Part shown: piece after piece, positions 9,402-19,318 of the stretch
Numbering within the stretch: position 1 is the stretch's first letter
Layout of the letters: the number at the start of each line of letters is the position of its first letter
Assembly: GCA_002378745.1 (NCBI GenBank)
Contig: DFRR01000013.1
Location: forward strand, 1 to 36,861
Reading direction: 5' to 3'
Length of the DNA: 36,861 bases
DNA from: Patescibacteria group bacterium UBA3458
GTDB taxonomy: Bacteria; Patescibacteriota; Minisyncoccia; Phycocordibacterales; UBA2100
Made by a program: the position numbers and the translations under genes
Notes under the pieces: generated by a model
What the model was told of the DNA's origin: nothing
The model's database searches: none
What the model saw: only the letters and a program-made list of their open reading frames with translations

Positions 9402-9553
9402 GCGGTGGACAGAATTCGAAAGACGGAGGCGGTATACAAGACGACTGAAAGGAGTGCTTGTCGCCGAGTCCGGGCAGGAGCCACTTAGTATTTCTGAGTG
9501 CGTAGCACGAAGGAAATGCTTAGTGAGCTGACGCCGAATCCTGCCCGGCGCAC
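9401..9553 (+). repeat. tRNA-associated structured element, subfamily B copy 2
   Basis: Starts TGCGGTGGACAGAATTCGAA (imperfect antisense of the tRNA-Tyr 3' end). Core shared with 692-837. Ends in a 19-bp direct repeat (9535-9553 = 9336-9354). Confidence 0.9.
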
Positions 9554-9556
9554 ACC

Positions 9557-9588
9557 AAAGAAAATCCACCACAAAGGTGGATTTTCTC
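9557..9588. terminator. Bidirectional terminator between element B2 and miaA
   Basis: AGAAAATCCACC-ACAAA-GGTGGATTTTCT. Confidence 0.75.
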
Positions 9589-10532
9589 TATCCAGCAAAT
9601 CCTTGCGATAGGAAGTCTTGAACCAGCGTTTCTACACCACCAAGGTTGTCACCTTCAAACCATTTGATTGCAGCATTGCGCTTAAACCACGTTCGTTGCC
9701 GTTTTGCGTACTTCCAGTCATCACGCTCGATTCGTTCAAGCATCTCTTCTTCCGAACAATAACCACGAAGAAAATCAGCAAGGTGTTTATACTCAAGACC
9801 AAGCTCTTCCATGCGTTCCCACGAGAGTCCGTCAGCATGCAATCGTTTTGCTTCTTCAACCATACCTTCTTTCAGGCGTGCCCGTGTCCGTTGACGAATA
9901 CGCTCCTTCAAAGTGTCATTGTCCCAATGGATACCAATCCACATGGTGTGTATTTCCGGCAGGGGAGATGGCTCCACGTGACCATGAGCTTCAGGTGCAA
10001 GCGCTATCTCCAGAGCACGAGTGACACGACGACGAAGCCTGTGCTCACCCTTGCGTTGCAAATCTTGTGCGCGTTCAGGGTCCATCTTTTCTAGCTGTGA
10101 GAACAATACATCAATCGGAAGGGAATGGAATCCGGCTCGCAATTCTTCGTTTGGAGGCACGGTACTGAGCAGCTCCGGCTTCAAGAGAGCATCGATGTAA
10201 AATCCGGTGCCACCGACAATAATCGGAAGTCTATCTCTTCTGAGTATGTCCGCAAGTACGCGTCGTCCATCTCGTGCAAAATCAGCTGCGGTGTATCGGC
10301 TACCAGGGTCTGCGATATCAATACAATGATGCGGCACGTGCCGCATTTCTTTTTGAGATATTTTGCCGGTAGCAATATCCAGCCCTCGATATACTTGTCG
10401 AGAGTCTGCAGAAATAATCTCACCGTTATGGCGCTGTGCGAGAGAGACAGCGAGATTGCTTTTCCCTGAAGCGTTGGTTCCAACAATAACGATTACCGGA
10501 CACGCCGCCGAACTGGCAGATGAGATGCTCAT
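9588..10532 (-). CDS. miaA: tRNA dimethylallyltransferase
   Basis: GTNASGKS, EIISADSRQVYRGLDIATGK, VGGTGFYI, YAKRQRTWF. Confidence 0.96.
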   Translation of the reverse strand: MSISSASSAACPVIVIVGTNASGKSNLAVSLAQRHNGEIISADSRQVYRGLDIATGKISQKEMRHVPHHCIDIADPGSRYTAADFARDGRRVLADILRRDRLPIIVGGTGFYIDALLKPELLSTVPPNEELRAGFHSLPIDVLFSQLEKMDPERAQDLQRKGEHRLRRRVTRALEIALAPEAHGHVEPSPLPEIHTMWIGIHWDNDTLKERIRQRTRARLKEGMVEEAKRLHADGLSWERMEELGLEYKHLADFLRGYCSEEEMLERIERDDWKYAKRQRTWFKRNAAIKWFEGDNLGGVETLVQDFLSQGFAG

Positions 10533-10584
10533 ATGGAGTATGGTACTATATGCGCGTTATACACAATAGTAGACACACAAAACT

Positions 10585-11190
10585 ATGGAAGGTACAGAAA
10601 CATACGATGAATTTGAACTCTTTGGACCATTAAGTGTCGGAGATACAGTTCCTAACTTTGATTTCCAGGCATTTCAAAATGAGGAGATACAGAAGATGAG
10701 CATAGACGACTTTAGAGGGAAGTGGTTGGTGCTCTTTTTCTATCCGGCAGACTTTACCTTTGTATGTCCAACTGAGTTGGAAGACCTTGCGAAGCTGTAC
10801 GATGCATTCAAAAAAGAGGATGCCGAAGTCATTTCAGTCTCCACTGACACAGTATATGTACACAAAGCATGGCATGATACCTCTGAAGCAATCGGAACAA
10901 TCACATACCCAATGGCGGCAGATCCAACACACGAGCTCTCACACGCTTTTGGTGTGCATGTAGCAGATGAAGGTGTTGCACTACGCGGTACATTTATTAT
11001 CGACCCAGAAGGAGTGATTCGAGTTGCTGAGATTCATGACAACAGTATTGGGCGCAACATACACGAAACATTGCGAAAGATTCAAGCGGCAAAGTTTGTT
11101 CGAGAACACGATGGCAAGGTATGCCCATCAAACTGGAATCCGGGAGACGATACACTAGAGCCGGGTCTTGATCTTGTCGGGAAAATTTAA
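10585..11190 (+). CDS. ahpC: 2-Cys peroxiredoxin (AhpC)
   Basis: FFYPADFTFVCPTE and C-terminal VCPSNW. Confidence 0.95.
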   Translation: MEGTETYDEFELFGPLSVGDTVPNFDFQAFQNEEIQKMSIDDFRGKWLVLFFYPADFTFVCPTELEDLAKLYDAFKKEDAEVISVSTDTVYVHKAWHDTSEAIGTITYPMAADPTHELSHAFGVHVADEGVALRGTFIIDPEGVIRVAEIHDNSIGRNIHETLRKIQAAKFVREHDGKVCPSNWNPGDDTLEPGLDLVGKI

Positions 11191-11208
11191 GGTATTGGTA
11201 CATAGGTA

Positions 11209-11242
11209 GCACACAGCTCCACTACTATGTGGAGCTGTGTGC
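11209..11242 (+). terminator. Hairpin after ahpC
   Basis: GCACACAGCTCC ... GGAGCTGTGTGC. Confidence 0.65.
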
Positions 11243-11285
11243 ATTACCGCGCCGAACGCATACCTGTGCGATATAATGAAACGCA

Positions 11286-12491
11286 ATGAATGAGCTTCAA
11301 GAGAAAGCACAGAGAGTTATTGCAGCACTCTATCGACGGACACACTTCTCTCGTAACATGGTCGCGCTCTACAGTAGTCGCACGCTCATGCGCATCTCAC
11401 TCGGTGTGCTTGGTGTTTTCCTGCCGATCTTCTTCTTCAAAGAATTTAACCAAGACATCCAAGTGGTTATCGCGATCTACCTCACGATATTTGGTCTCCA
11501 CTTACTTTTGACACCGTGGAGTGCACGTTTGCTCAGCGTACTTGGCACACGTCGTATGATTTCGTTGGGTATACTGTTTGTTATCGGTTCGCTCGTCGCA
11601 CTGTATTACTTTCCACACAATCCTGCATATGCAACGGTACTCTACGCAATCTCTGTTGCGATATACCGCGCACTCTACTGGGTTCCATATCATGTCGATT
11701 TCTCAAATGCACTCGACAAGACAATGCGTGGCAGGCAGCTTGCAACATTGGACAACATTGCAAGTATTGTACTAATTGGAGTGCCGACACTGGGTGGAAT
11801 TATTATTACAACATCAGGTTTCTCTGCAATTTTTGTCTTTTCAATCATTATCATGCTGCTTGCATTGATACCGCTTCGATTTATGCATCACAGTTATGAG
11901 CGATTCAGCTGGGGCTATATAGAAACATTCAGGCACTTATTTGCGAGAGGGAATCGGACGATTGTCTTAGCACATGCCGCAAACGGAGCACAGGGCATGG
12001 CGATTATGATTTTTTGGCCAATTTACGTGTTTATGTTACTCGATGAACAGTTTACCGTACTTGGTATCATCACGTCTCTTACCACAGTCGGAGTCATGAT
12101 TCTGCGATATTTTGTTGGTCGGCTATTTGATACCTGGAGTCCGAGACGAACGCTCGTATTCGGTGTCATTATGGCGACTACCGGTTGGGTTTCAAAAGTC
12201 TTTGTACAAACACCCTTCCAAATATTTGCTGCAGATAGTTACCATAACTTCGGACGAACGGTGAACACGCTTTCGTTTGATGCCACCACATATGAGCAGT
12301 CAGCAGATAATGGGCGGTACGTAGACGAATACACTGCACTAAAAGAGATGGCGTTGTCCGTCGGAAGAATCGTCATGCTGCTGTTCATGGCAGCGGTACT
12401 CTCGGTACTCGATTTACGTCTCGCGTTCGTCTTTGCGGCACTTATCGCACTATGTATGCTTGTGATTAATCGCAGTGCTCAAGTACGCTAG
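11286..12491 (+). CDS. MFS transporter
   Basis: About 12 hydrophobic segments; LGTRR and VGRLFD..SPRR MFS-like loop motifs. Confidence 0.8.
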   Translation: MNELQEKAQRVIAALYRRTHFSRNMVALYSSRTLMRISLGVLGVFLPIFFFKEFNQDIQVVIAIYLTIFGLHLLLTPWSARLLSVLGTRRMISLGILFVIGSLVALYYFPHNPAYATVLYAISVAIYRALYWVPYHVDFSNALDKTMRGRQLATLDNIASIVLIGVPTLGGIIITTSGFSAIFVFSIIIMLLALIPLRFMHHSYERFSWGYIETFRHLFARGNRTIVLAHAANGAQGMAIMIFWPIYVFMLLDEQFTVLGIITSLTTVGVMILRYFVGRLFDTWSPRRTLVFGVIMATTGWVSKVFVQTPFQIFAADSYHNFGRTVNTLSFDATTYEQSADNGRYVDEYTALKEMALSVGRIVMLLFMAAVLSVLDLRLAFVFAALIALCMLVINRSAQVR

Positions 12492-12940
12492 TTGAGTTTC
12501 GCAGCAACTACCTCTTTTACCAGACTTCCATCGGCATTGCCGGCGAGTTTCTTCATAACCAAACCAACAACGACACCCGACTTTCCCGGTTCAACAGTGC
12601 CAAGTTCAGCAAGTACCGCATCAACTGCCGCATCAACATCTTCACGTGTTGCTTGTGCGGGCAAGTACCCTTCAAGAACGACGAGTTCCTCTTTTTCTTT
12701 TTGCGCAAGATCATCACGCCCACCCTTTTCGAATTGCTCTATAGAATCCTTCCGTTGTTTTACTGCCCGCTTAATTACTTGCAGTACACTATCATCATCG
12801 AGTACTTCATCAGGTTTCTTGCGTTTGGTAACCAGTTCGTTGGTAATGGCACTCAAAATGCCGCGCAGTGTTGTAAGACGTAACTCCTCGCGAGCCTTCA
12901 ACGCCGCTTTCATATCGTTTTTTATCGTTGCGTGTAACAT
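12488..12940 (-). CDS. GatB/YqeY domain protein
   Basis: MLHATIKNDMKAALKARE...KQRKDSIEQFEKGGRDDLAQKE...YLP. True start likely ATG 12940, not 13285. Confidence 0.9.
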   Translation of the reverse strand: MLHATIKNDMKAALKAREELRLTTLRGILSAITNELVTKRKKPDEVLDDDSVLQVIKRAVKQRKDSIEQFEKGGRDDLAQKEKEELVVLEGYLPAQATREDVDAAVDAVLAELGTVEPGKSGVVVGLVMKKLAGNADGSLVKEVVAAKLN

Positions 12941-12971
12941 ACCTGTCCAGTATACCATTTTAGACTGATAG

Positions 12972-15662
12972 GTGGTGAGTGGTACAATGATGAACATGCA
13001 AACGAATGAAGCTTGGCATAGCTTCCCAATTGATAAAGTGCTTGCGGTGTTCGGTACGGACCGAACGTTCGGGCTTACACAAAAACAATTTAATACGCAG
13101 ACTGCTCGATACGGTGCGAACAGGCTTCCTGAAGACGAGCGATTTACAATTGTTGATGCAACACTGCGGCAGCTTAAGAGCCCGCTCGCGCTCGTGCTTA
13201 TCGCAGCGGGAATCGCAACAATATTTCTCGGTTCATATTTGGACACGGTTGTTATTTTTGTTGCGCTCGTTATAAATATTTGCATTGGGGTCCTTCAAGA
13301 AGGGAAAGCTGCTCGCGTATTCGACACACTTCAAAAATCACAAGAAAAATATGCAACGGTGCTTCGTATGGGCAAACGACAACTCGTTCCTTCTGAGTCA
13401 CTTGTCCCAGGTGATATTGTCATGTTGCAAGGGGGAAGTATGGTGCCTGCCGACATTCGTTTGCTTGATGCGAGTAACTTGTCAGCAAACGAAGCCGCGT
13501 TGACCGGAGAGTGGCTGCCGGTTGAAAAAATACATAGTGCACTCGGTCGTTCCATTTCACCGGCTGAACAACGCAATATGGTATGGATGGGCACACTCAT
13601 CGCCGAAGGAAGCGGGGTGGGTGTCGTGGTTGCAACCGGTGAGCATGCCCGATTTGGAAAGATTGCTAAGAGTACACAGGATGCGCTTGGTGCGATGACG
13701 CCGCTGCAGAAGAACATTCAACACATCGCACGGTTCCTCATGTTCATTATTGCCGTGGCTCTTGTTGTGCTCATTGTGTTGGGACTATTTCGTGGTGAGA
13801 CATTGGCGGCAATGCTCCTGCTTGCTATAGCGGTTGCTGTTGCTGCTATGCCGGAAGGACTACCAGCTGCGGTAACCGTAGTGCTCGCAGTCGGCATGGA
13901 GGCGATATTACGAAAGGGGGGGCTCGTCAAGAACTTGCTTGCTGCTGAAACGCTCGGATCAACAACCATTATTCTTACTGACAAAACAGGAACCCTCACA
14001 CAGGGGCGCATGTTACTCAACGGTGCACACTCAATGTGGGGTATAGAGAACGCCGACACTAGTGCGACAGCAGACAACCGCGAACTGCTCAAGATGGCAG
14101 TGCTCGCCTCTGACGCTTTTGTGGAAGAAGACCCAGAAGAAGCGGGAAAGCTATTAGTACGCGGCCGTCCACTCGAAAAAGCAATCACTGAAGCCGGACT
14201 TGAAGCCGGACTTTCACAGTCTGCACTATTTACTCATGACGGATGGAATCGTCTCGATTTTGTACAGTTTGAATCGTCTCGACGATATGCGATTTCTTTA
14301 CATGCGACCCCGCAGAAGAAAAATAGAGCAATTGTGTCAGGTTCCCCAGAGCATCTTCTTGCACGTTCAGACAAATATTTCTTTAATGGCCGCGAACGCA
14401 AACTTGATGAGAAGACACGAAACGTATTCCTACAAACGCAGAAAAACATTTCTGCTGAAGGGATGCGTTTTACTGCAATTGCGTACCTGAAGACGGATGA
14501 AGAAACCATTCCTGAGAGCGTGTTGCATCCAAACGACGAGACCGCTTTCGTTTTTGTTGGACTACTCGCATTTTCTGATGCAATTCGACCGGATGTGCGG
14601 GAAGCTATTGCAACGGTTCGGGAAGCTGGTGCCAGAGTCATTATGGCAACTGGAGACTATCCGGAAACGGCTCGCGCTATTGCGCGGGAGGTAGGGATTG
14701 ATACGCAGGAGAACGCACCGGTACTTACCGGCACCATGATTGAGAAAATGGACGATACCGCCTTACTCAAGGCTCTCAATACGCACAACGTGGTTGCTCG
14801 TGTATTACCTGAACAAAAACTCCGAGTAGCTCGTTTGCTGCGGAATAATAACGAGGTAGTCGCAATGACGGGAGATGGAGTGAATGACGCACCGGCGCTT
14901 GCCGCTGCCGACATTGGCATTGCGGTTGGAAGCGGTACCGATGCTGCCAAGGCAGCAGCCGACCTTGTACTAATTGATAACAGCTTCGCCATCATCACCG
15001 CCGCTATTGCTGAAGGGCGTCGCATTATTGCCAACTTGCGTAAAATCGTTATGTTTTTGCTTTCGACAAGTTTCAGCGAAATTGTCGTCATCGGTGGCGC
15101 ACTTGCAGTTGGTTCACCGCTTCCGTTACTTCCGGCACAGATTTTGTGGGCAAACATCATCGGCGAAGGTTTTATGAGCTTTCCATTCGCGTTTGAGCCA
15201 CAGGAGAAAGATGCAATGAAAAAGCGTCCGGTACGTCGTGGCGTCGAGACTATTTTGACCGTTCGGGCTCGATGGTTCATTTTTGGCGTAAGTGCCATAA
15301 CCGGACTACTGCTGTTGGGGCTGTATCAGATACTTTTGCGAGGCGGTATTCCGGTGGACGAGGCGCGCACCGTTGTATTTGCCGGACTCTGTATTGCTTC
15401 TATGCTCTTTGCATTCTCATTCAAAGATCTGTCGCGCCCATTATGGCGTACATCACTTTTCTCAAACAAGTTACTCTTATTGGCACTTGGTGCGAACTTC
15501 TCACTGCTCATTATTGCACTTTCATTCAAGCCACTACAACAGCTACTAACTCTGACACCACTCTCTATACAAGAAATTGCGGTCCTAGTAGGGCTTGGTA
15601 TCGCAAACTTATTTGCTGTTGAAATAGCAAAAATGTTCCTATTTAAGGGAAAAAAGGAATAA
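12972..15662 (+). CDS. Cation-transporting P-type ATPase (type II, Ca2+-ATPase-like)
   Basis: TGE, PEGL, DKTGTLT, TGD, MTGDGVNDAPAL. The real start may be one of the ATGs at 12987-12996. Confidence 0.93.
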   Translation: MVSGTMMNMQTNEAWHSFPIDKVLAVFGTDRTFGLTQKQFNTQTARYGANRLPEDERFTIVDATLRQLKSPLALVLIAAGIATIFLGSYLDTVVIFVALVINICIGVLQEGKAARVFDTLQKSQEKYATVLRMGKRQLVPSESLVPGDIVMLQGGSMVPADIRLLDASNLSANEAALTGEWLPVEKIHSALGRSISPAEQRNMVWMGTLIAEGSGVGVVVATGEHARFGKIAKSTQDALGAMTPLQKNIQHIARFLMFIIAVALVVLIVLGLFRGETLAAMLLLAIAVAVAAMPEGLPAAVTVVLAVGMEAILRKGGLVKNLLAAETLGSTTIILTDKTGTLTQGRMLLNGAHSMWGIENADTSATADNRELLKMAVLASDAFVEEDPEEAGKLLVRGRPLEKAITEAGLEAGLSQSALFTHDGWNRLDFVQFESSRRYAISLHATPQKKNRAIVSGSPEHLLARSDKYFFNGRERKLDEKTRNVFLQTQKNISAEGMRFTAIAYLKTDEETIPESVLHPNDETAFVFVGLLAFSDAIRPDVREAIATVREAGARVIMATGDYPETARAIAREVGIDTQENAPVLTGTMIEKMDDTALLKALNTHNVVARVLPEQKLRVARLLRNNNEVVAMTGDGVNDAPALAAADIGIAVGSGTDAAKAAADLVLIDNSFAIITAAIAEGRRIIANLRKIVMFLLSTSFSEIVVIGGALAVGSPLPLLPAQILWANIIGEGFMSFPFAFEPQEKDAMKKRPVRRGVETILTVRARWFIFGVSAITGLLLLGLYQILLRGGIPVDEARTVVFAGLCIASMLFAFSFKDLSRPLWRTSLFSNKLLLLALGANFSLLIIALSFKPLQQLLTLTPLSIQEIAVLVGLGIANLFAVEIAKMFLFKGKKE

Positions 15663-15698
15663 GCGTAGCTGTGGCAATTTTGCTATACTGAAGCGTAT

Positions 15699-16760
15699 AT
15701 GACGCCAACGCTGATCATACTAGGAATCGTTGCAGCCGTTGCATTGCTCGGAAACGTCATTGCACTGGTGTATGTACTCTATGTGCTGAAACGACAGCAG
15801 GGTGGTACCGACGGAGATTACTTGTACCGCGAGCTGCAAGGACTCAGAGAAACATTTGATAGAAAACTTGGTGACAGCACCAAGGCAATTCATGATTCGG
15901 TAACGACACAATTGTCAGAGTCACAGAAGCTTTCAAATGAGATAACAAAGCACCTCTTGAATGTAGAGAGAGGGGTGGCCGAAACAAGAGAATCGAGTAA
16001 ACAAGTGTTTTCTCTTGGCGAACAGTTACAAAATTTTGAGAAAGTGTTGAAAAACCAAAAGCAGCGAGGGAGTCTTGGCGAAGCAAGTCTCGAGCTCATT
16101 CTCTCCAACATGTTGCCGCCTGATGCGTACAAGCTGCAGTATCAAATAGGCGATGGGAGAGTTGATGCTGCGATCATGACCAAAGACGGAGTGATCCCTG
16201 TCGACGCAAAGTTCTCACTCGACAACTATACGCGACTGCTTAATGAAGAGGATGACGAAAGACGTGCGCAGCTTGAACGCGAGTTCAAGAATGACTTGAA
16301 GAAGCGTATCGATGAAACCGCAAAATATATTAATCCCAAAGAGGGGACGCTGCCGTTTGCGTTCATGTATATACCTGCAGAAGGTATTTATTACGACTTG
16401 TTGGTAAATGAAGTTGGCGCAATCAAGGTTAATACGCGTAATCTCATCGATTACGCATACATTGATAAGCATGTTGTTATCGTGTCGCCAACGACATTTT
16501 CTGCATACCTTCGCTCAGTTCTCTTTGGGTTTAATGCATACAAAATCGAGAAGTCGGCACAGGAGATACGGCGAAACGTAGAGAAGCTCGCCAAACATCT
16601 TGGTGCGTACGAGACATTTCAGGAAAAGATGGGAACTGCGCTCCAACAAGTCAATAACCGCTATGAGGACTCGGTAAAGGAGTTCGGGAAGATAAATAAG
16701 GATATTCTTAAAATTGAAGAAACCGAGATATCGGTGAGTCTGGACGGTCCAAAATCCTGA
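15699..16760 (+). CDS. rmuC: DNA recombination protein RmuC
   Basis: N-terminal TM, coiled coil, RGSLGE, IPVDAKF, FAFMYIPAEG, VSPTT. Confidence 0.92.
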   Translation: MTPTLIILGIVAAVALLGNVIALVYVLYVLKRQQGGTDGDYLYRELQGLRETFDRKLGDSTKAIHDSVTTQLSESQKLSNEITKHLLNVERGVAETRESSKQVFSLGEQLQNFEKVLKNQKQRGSLGEASLELILSNMLPPDAYKLQYQIGDGRVDAAIMTKDGVIPVDAKFSLDNYTRLLNEEDDERRAQLEREFKNDLKKRIDETAKYINPKEGTLPFAFMYIPAEGIYYDLLVNEVGAIKVNTRNLIDYAYIDKHVVIVSPTTFSAYLRSVLFGFNAYKIEKSAQEIRRNVEKLAKHLGAYETFQEKMGTALQQVNNRYEDSVKEFGKINKDILKIEETEISVSLDGPKS

Positions 16761-16811
16761 CGGCGTCGGACAGTTGCTTTTTAAGCCCATTTTGGTAGTA
16801 TATGCGCCATT

Positions 16812-17240
16812 ATGGCTGAAAAGAAGGTCACAACCAAAGAGGAGAAAAAGGAAGCGAAAAAGGCGACTGTAGACGCAGCTGCGCCTAAAAAAGCTGCTTC
16901 AAAAAAAGCTGAGCCGAAGACCGGTCCATTTGCTGTTATTGCAACCGGTGGTAAGCAGTACGTTGTTCGCGAAGGAGACGCACTAAACATTGAGAAACTC
17001 AACGGGGAATATGAAGAAGGCGCAAAAGTTGAGTTTACCGAGGTGCTTCTTACCGACGACGGAAAGACAACAAAGGTTGGTGAGCCAACAGTAAAGGGCG
17101 CAAAAGTAACTGCAGAGTTTATTGAGAATGATCGAGCTGCAAAGATATCAGTCATTCGCTTTAAGGCAAAAAGTCGTTACTTCAAGAACCGCGGACACCG
17201 ACAACCATACAGCCGCGTAAAAATCACAAAGATTGCATAA
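16812..17240 (+). CDS. rplU: 50S ribosomal protein L21 with Lys/Ala-rich N-terminal extension
   Basis: FAVIATGGKQYVV, GHRQPY. Confidence 0.96.
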   Translation: MAEKKVTTKEEKKEAKKATVDAAAPKKAASKKAEPKTGPFAVIATGGKQYVVREGDALNIEKLNGEYEEGAKVEFTEVLLTDDGKTTKVGEPTVKGAKVTAEFIENDRAAKISVIRFKAKSRYFKNRGHRQPYSRVKITKIA

Positions 17241-17241
17241 T

Positions 17242-17271
17242 TAAAAAACCGCGCCTAGGCGCGGTTTTTTA
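17242..17271. terminator. Bidirectional terminator overlapping the recR stop
   Basis: TAAAAAACCGCGCC-TA-GGCGCGGTTTTTTA. Confidence 0.8.
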
Positions 17272-17860
17272 GTGCTTGCACCAGCGTGTGTGCATCGGCA
17301 TATTCAAGTTCTGAACCCGTTGAGAGACCGCGACCAAGAGTAGTTACACGTGCTGTCTGTACACTCGCATCATCCTTCAGCTTAGTTGCAAGGTAATCAG
17401 CAGTGTATTCTCCGTCCGGAGTTGCCGAAAGCGCAAGGATGATTTCAGAAAGTGCAGCACCGTACTTTTGTAGATATTGGACGAGTTCCTTTTCGCGAAT
17501 GGCGTATTTCTTTCCAGTGAGCGAAAGTGAACCGCCAAGAACAAAGTAGTATCCTGCGTACGCTCCACTGTGTTCCATTTGTTCAACATCAGTATCCTTC
17601 TCAACAAGCATCAGCTGCGTTGTATCTCGGTTTCCGTCTGCACAAATATCACACAACGGCTCTTTCACATGAAGCGGCGCATAGCGCAAACAACGAGAGC
17701 ACTGCTTTACGTGTGTTGCGACGTCTTGAATGGCACGAATGAGCATTGCTCGATATCCCGTGTTTTGGCGCAGTAAGAAAAACACAAAGCGGCGAGCTTG
17801 TCGTGGACCAATACCGGGAAATTGCGTAAAAAGCTCAGTTAATTTGTCGACTTCATTCAT
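17255..17860 (-). CDS. recR: Recombination protein RecR
   Basis: FPGIGPRQA HhH motif, CxxC...CxxC zinc finger, Toprim region EIILALSATPDGE, ELEYAD. Confidence 0.95.
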   Translation of the reverse strand: MNEVDKLTELFTQFPGIGPRQARRFVFFLLRQNTGYRAMLIRAIQDVATHVKQCSRCLRYAPLHVKEPLCDICADGNRDTTQLMLVEKDTDVEQMEHSGAYAGYYFVLGGSLSLTGKKYAIREKELVQYLQKYGAALSEIILALSATPDGEYTADYLATKLKDDASVQTARVTTLGRGLSTGSELEYADAHTLVQALKNRA

Positions 17861-17862
17861 GG

Positions 17863-19242
17863 TTAAAAATCATCGTCATCATTTTGTCCCTGACTCTCAG
17901 TAAAGTCACTAAAGTCATTCTTTTCAATAGTACTAAATGTTGCTTGCTTGTCATTAAAGTAGAGTTCAATACGACCAACCGGTCCATTTCGGTGTTTTTC
18001 AACCATAATGTCTGCAATGTTCGGTCGTTCTGAGTTTTCGTTCATTTTGTCCTCTCGGTGGATGAACATAACCACATCGGCATCTTGTTCAATAGAACCC
18101 GAGTCTCGAAGGTCAGACAATCGAGGATGGTCGCGACGTTGCTCGACGGCACGTGAAAGCTGAGATAGTGCGAGTACCGGTATGTCGAGCTCTCGCGCCA
18201 TACCTTTAAGTGAGCGGGAGATTTCAGTAACCTGCTGTACCATCGAGTCACTTTGTCGAGTGGCGCCCGGCACAATGAGCTGCAGGTAGTCGACAATGAT
18301 GAGCGACAATCCTTTTTCTGCTTTCAGGCGACGTGCAATAGAGCGCATCTGTAGTACTGTTCGCTCAGACTTATCATCAATGTAGATAGGAGCAGAGGAG
18401 AGTCTGTCCATACCGTTTCGAAGTCGTTCGTAATCTTCGTCAGATGCGAGCTTCCCGGTTCGAAGACGCCAAGAATCAACTTTTGATTCAGACGCTAACA
18501 TACGGTCAGTAAGCTGTTGTGATGACATCTCGAGTGAAAAGATACCGACAGGGTTACCATGCTTTATCGCCGTCTGCCGTGCGATATCAAGTGCGAGCGT
18601 TGTTTTACCCATAGATGGACGAGCCGCAAGAATAATCAAGTCAGATTTTTGAAATCCGGCAAGCAAGTTATCAAGATCTCGAAACCCGGTATGGATACCA
18701 CGAATCTGGTCTTTGTTTTCCTGCAGCGCTTCCAAACGTTTCCATGCTTCTTTAAGTTCATCGCCAATCGATACAAACTTTTGTAGTGTTGACGTGTTCG
18801 CAATCTTAAACACGGTTGATTGCGCCTCATCGAGCAGCTTCTCAACCTCGCTGTCTTCTCGGTATCCAAGCTCGCCAATATAGTCTGCGGCTTGAATCAA
18901 GTCGCGGTGAATCTGCTTTGCTTTGATGACCTGCGCATAGTGCATCGCATTTGTTGCAGCGGGCGCAGCGTTTGCAAGTTCAGAGAGATATCCACGACCA
19001 CCAATGGTTTCAAGTTTCTTTTGCGCACTGAGCTTACCGGACAACGTGACAAGGTCTATTGGCTCACCTTTGTTAAACAGTGCAAGCATCGCCTCAAAAA
19101 TGTCGCCATGCTTGCTTGCATAAAACGAGTCAGGTATGACGATATCCGCAATGTCGTACATTGCGTTCGGTTTCAACATTATTGCACCAAGCAGTGCGCG
19201 CTCGGCATCTAAATCTTGTGGTGGAATACGACTCTCAGCCAT
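17863..19242 (-). CDS. dnaB: Replicative DNA helicase
   Basis: PPQDLDAE, AARPSMGKT, IVDYLQL, LSQLSRAVE, DLRDSGSIEQDAD. Confidence 0.97.
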   Translation of the reverse strand: MAESRIPPQDLDAERALLGAIMLKPNAMYDIADIVIPDSFYASKHGDIFEAMLALFNKGEPIDLVTLSGKLSAQKKLETIGGRGYLSELANAAPAATNAMHYAQVIKAKQIHRDLIQAADYIGELGYREDSEVEKLLDEAQSTVFKIANTSTLQKFVSIGDELKEAWKRLEALQENKDQIRGIHTGFRDLDNLLAGFQKSDLIILAARPSMGKTTLALDIARQTAIKHGNPVGIFSLEMSSQQLTDRMLASESKVDSWRLRTGKLASDEDYERLRNGMDRLSSAPIYIDDKSERTVLQMRSIARRLKAEKGLSLIIVDYLQLIVPGATRQSDSMVQQVTEISRSLKGMARELDIPVLALSQLSRAVEQRRDHPRLSDLRDSGSIEQDADVVMFIHREDKMNENSERPNIADIMVEKHRNGPVGRIELYFNDKQATFSTIEKNDFSDFTESQGQNDDDDF

Positions 19243-19318
19243 TTGGGCATTCTATCACGGTGTGCGTCAGGACTGGGCATGTGGGTACTTGGGACAAAAT
19301 GTGGATAGCCTAGAGGGC

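Noticed and set aside
12941-13285. N-terminal extension of YqeY (also extended starts of iscS, clpB, pilin and gltX)
   Set aside because: The extensions overlap neighbouring genes or promoter regions; family motifs begin at the downstream ATGs.
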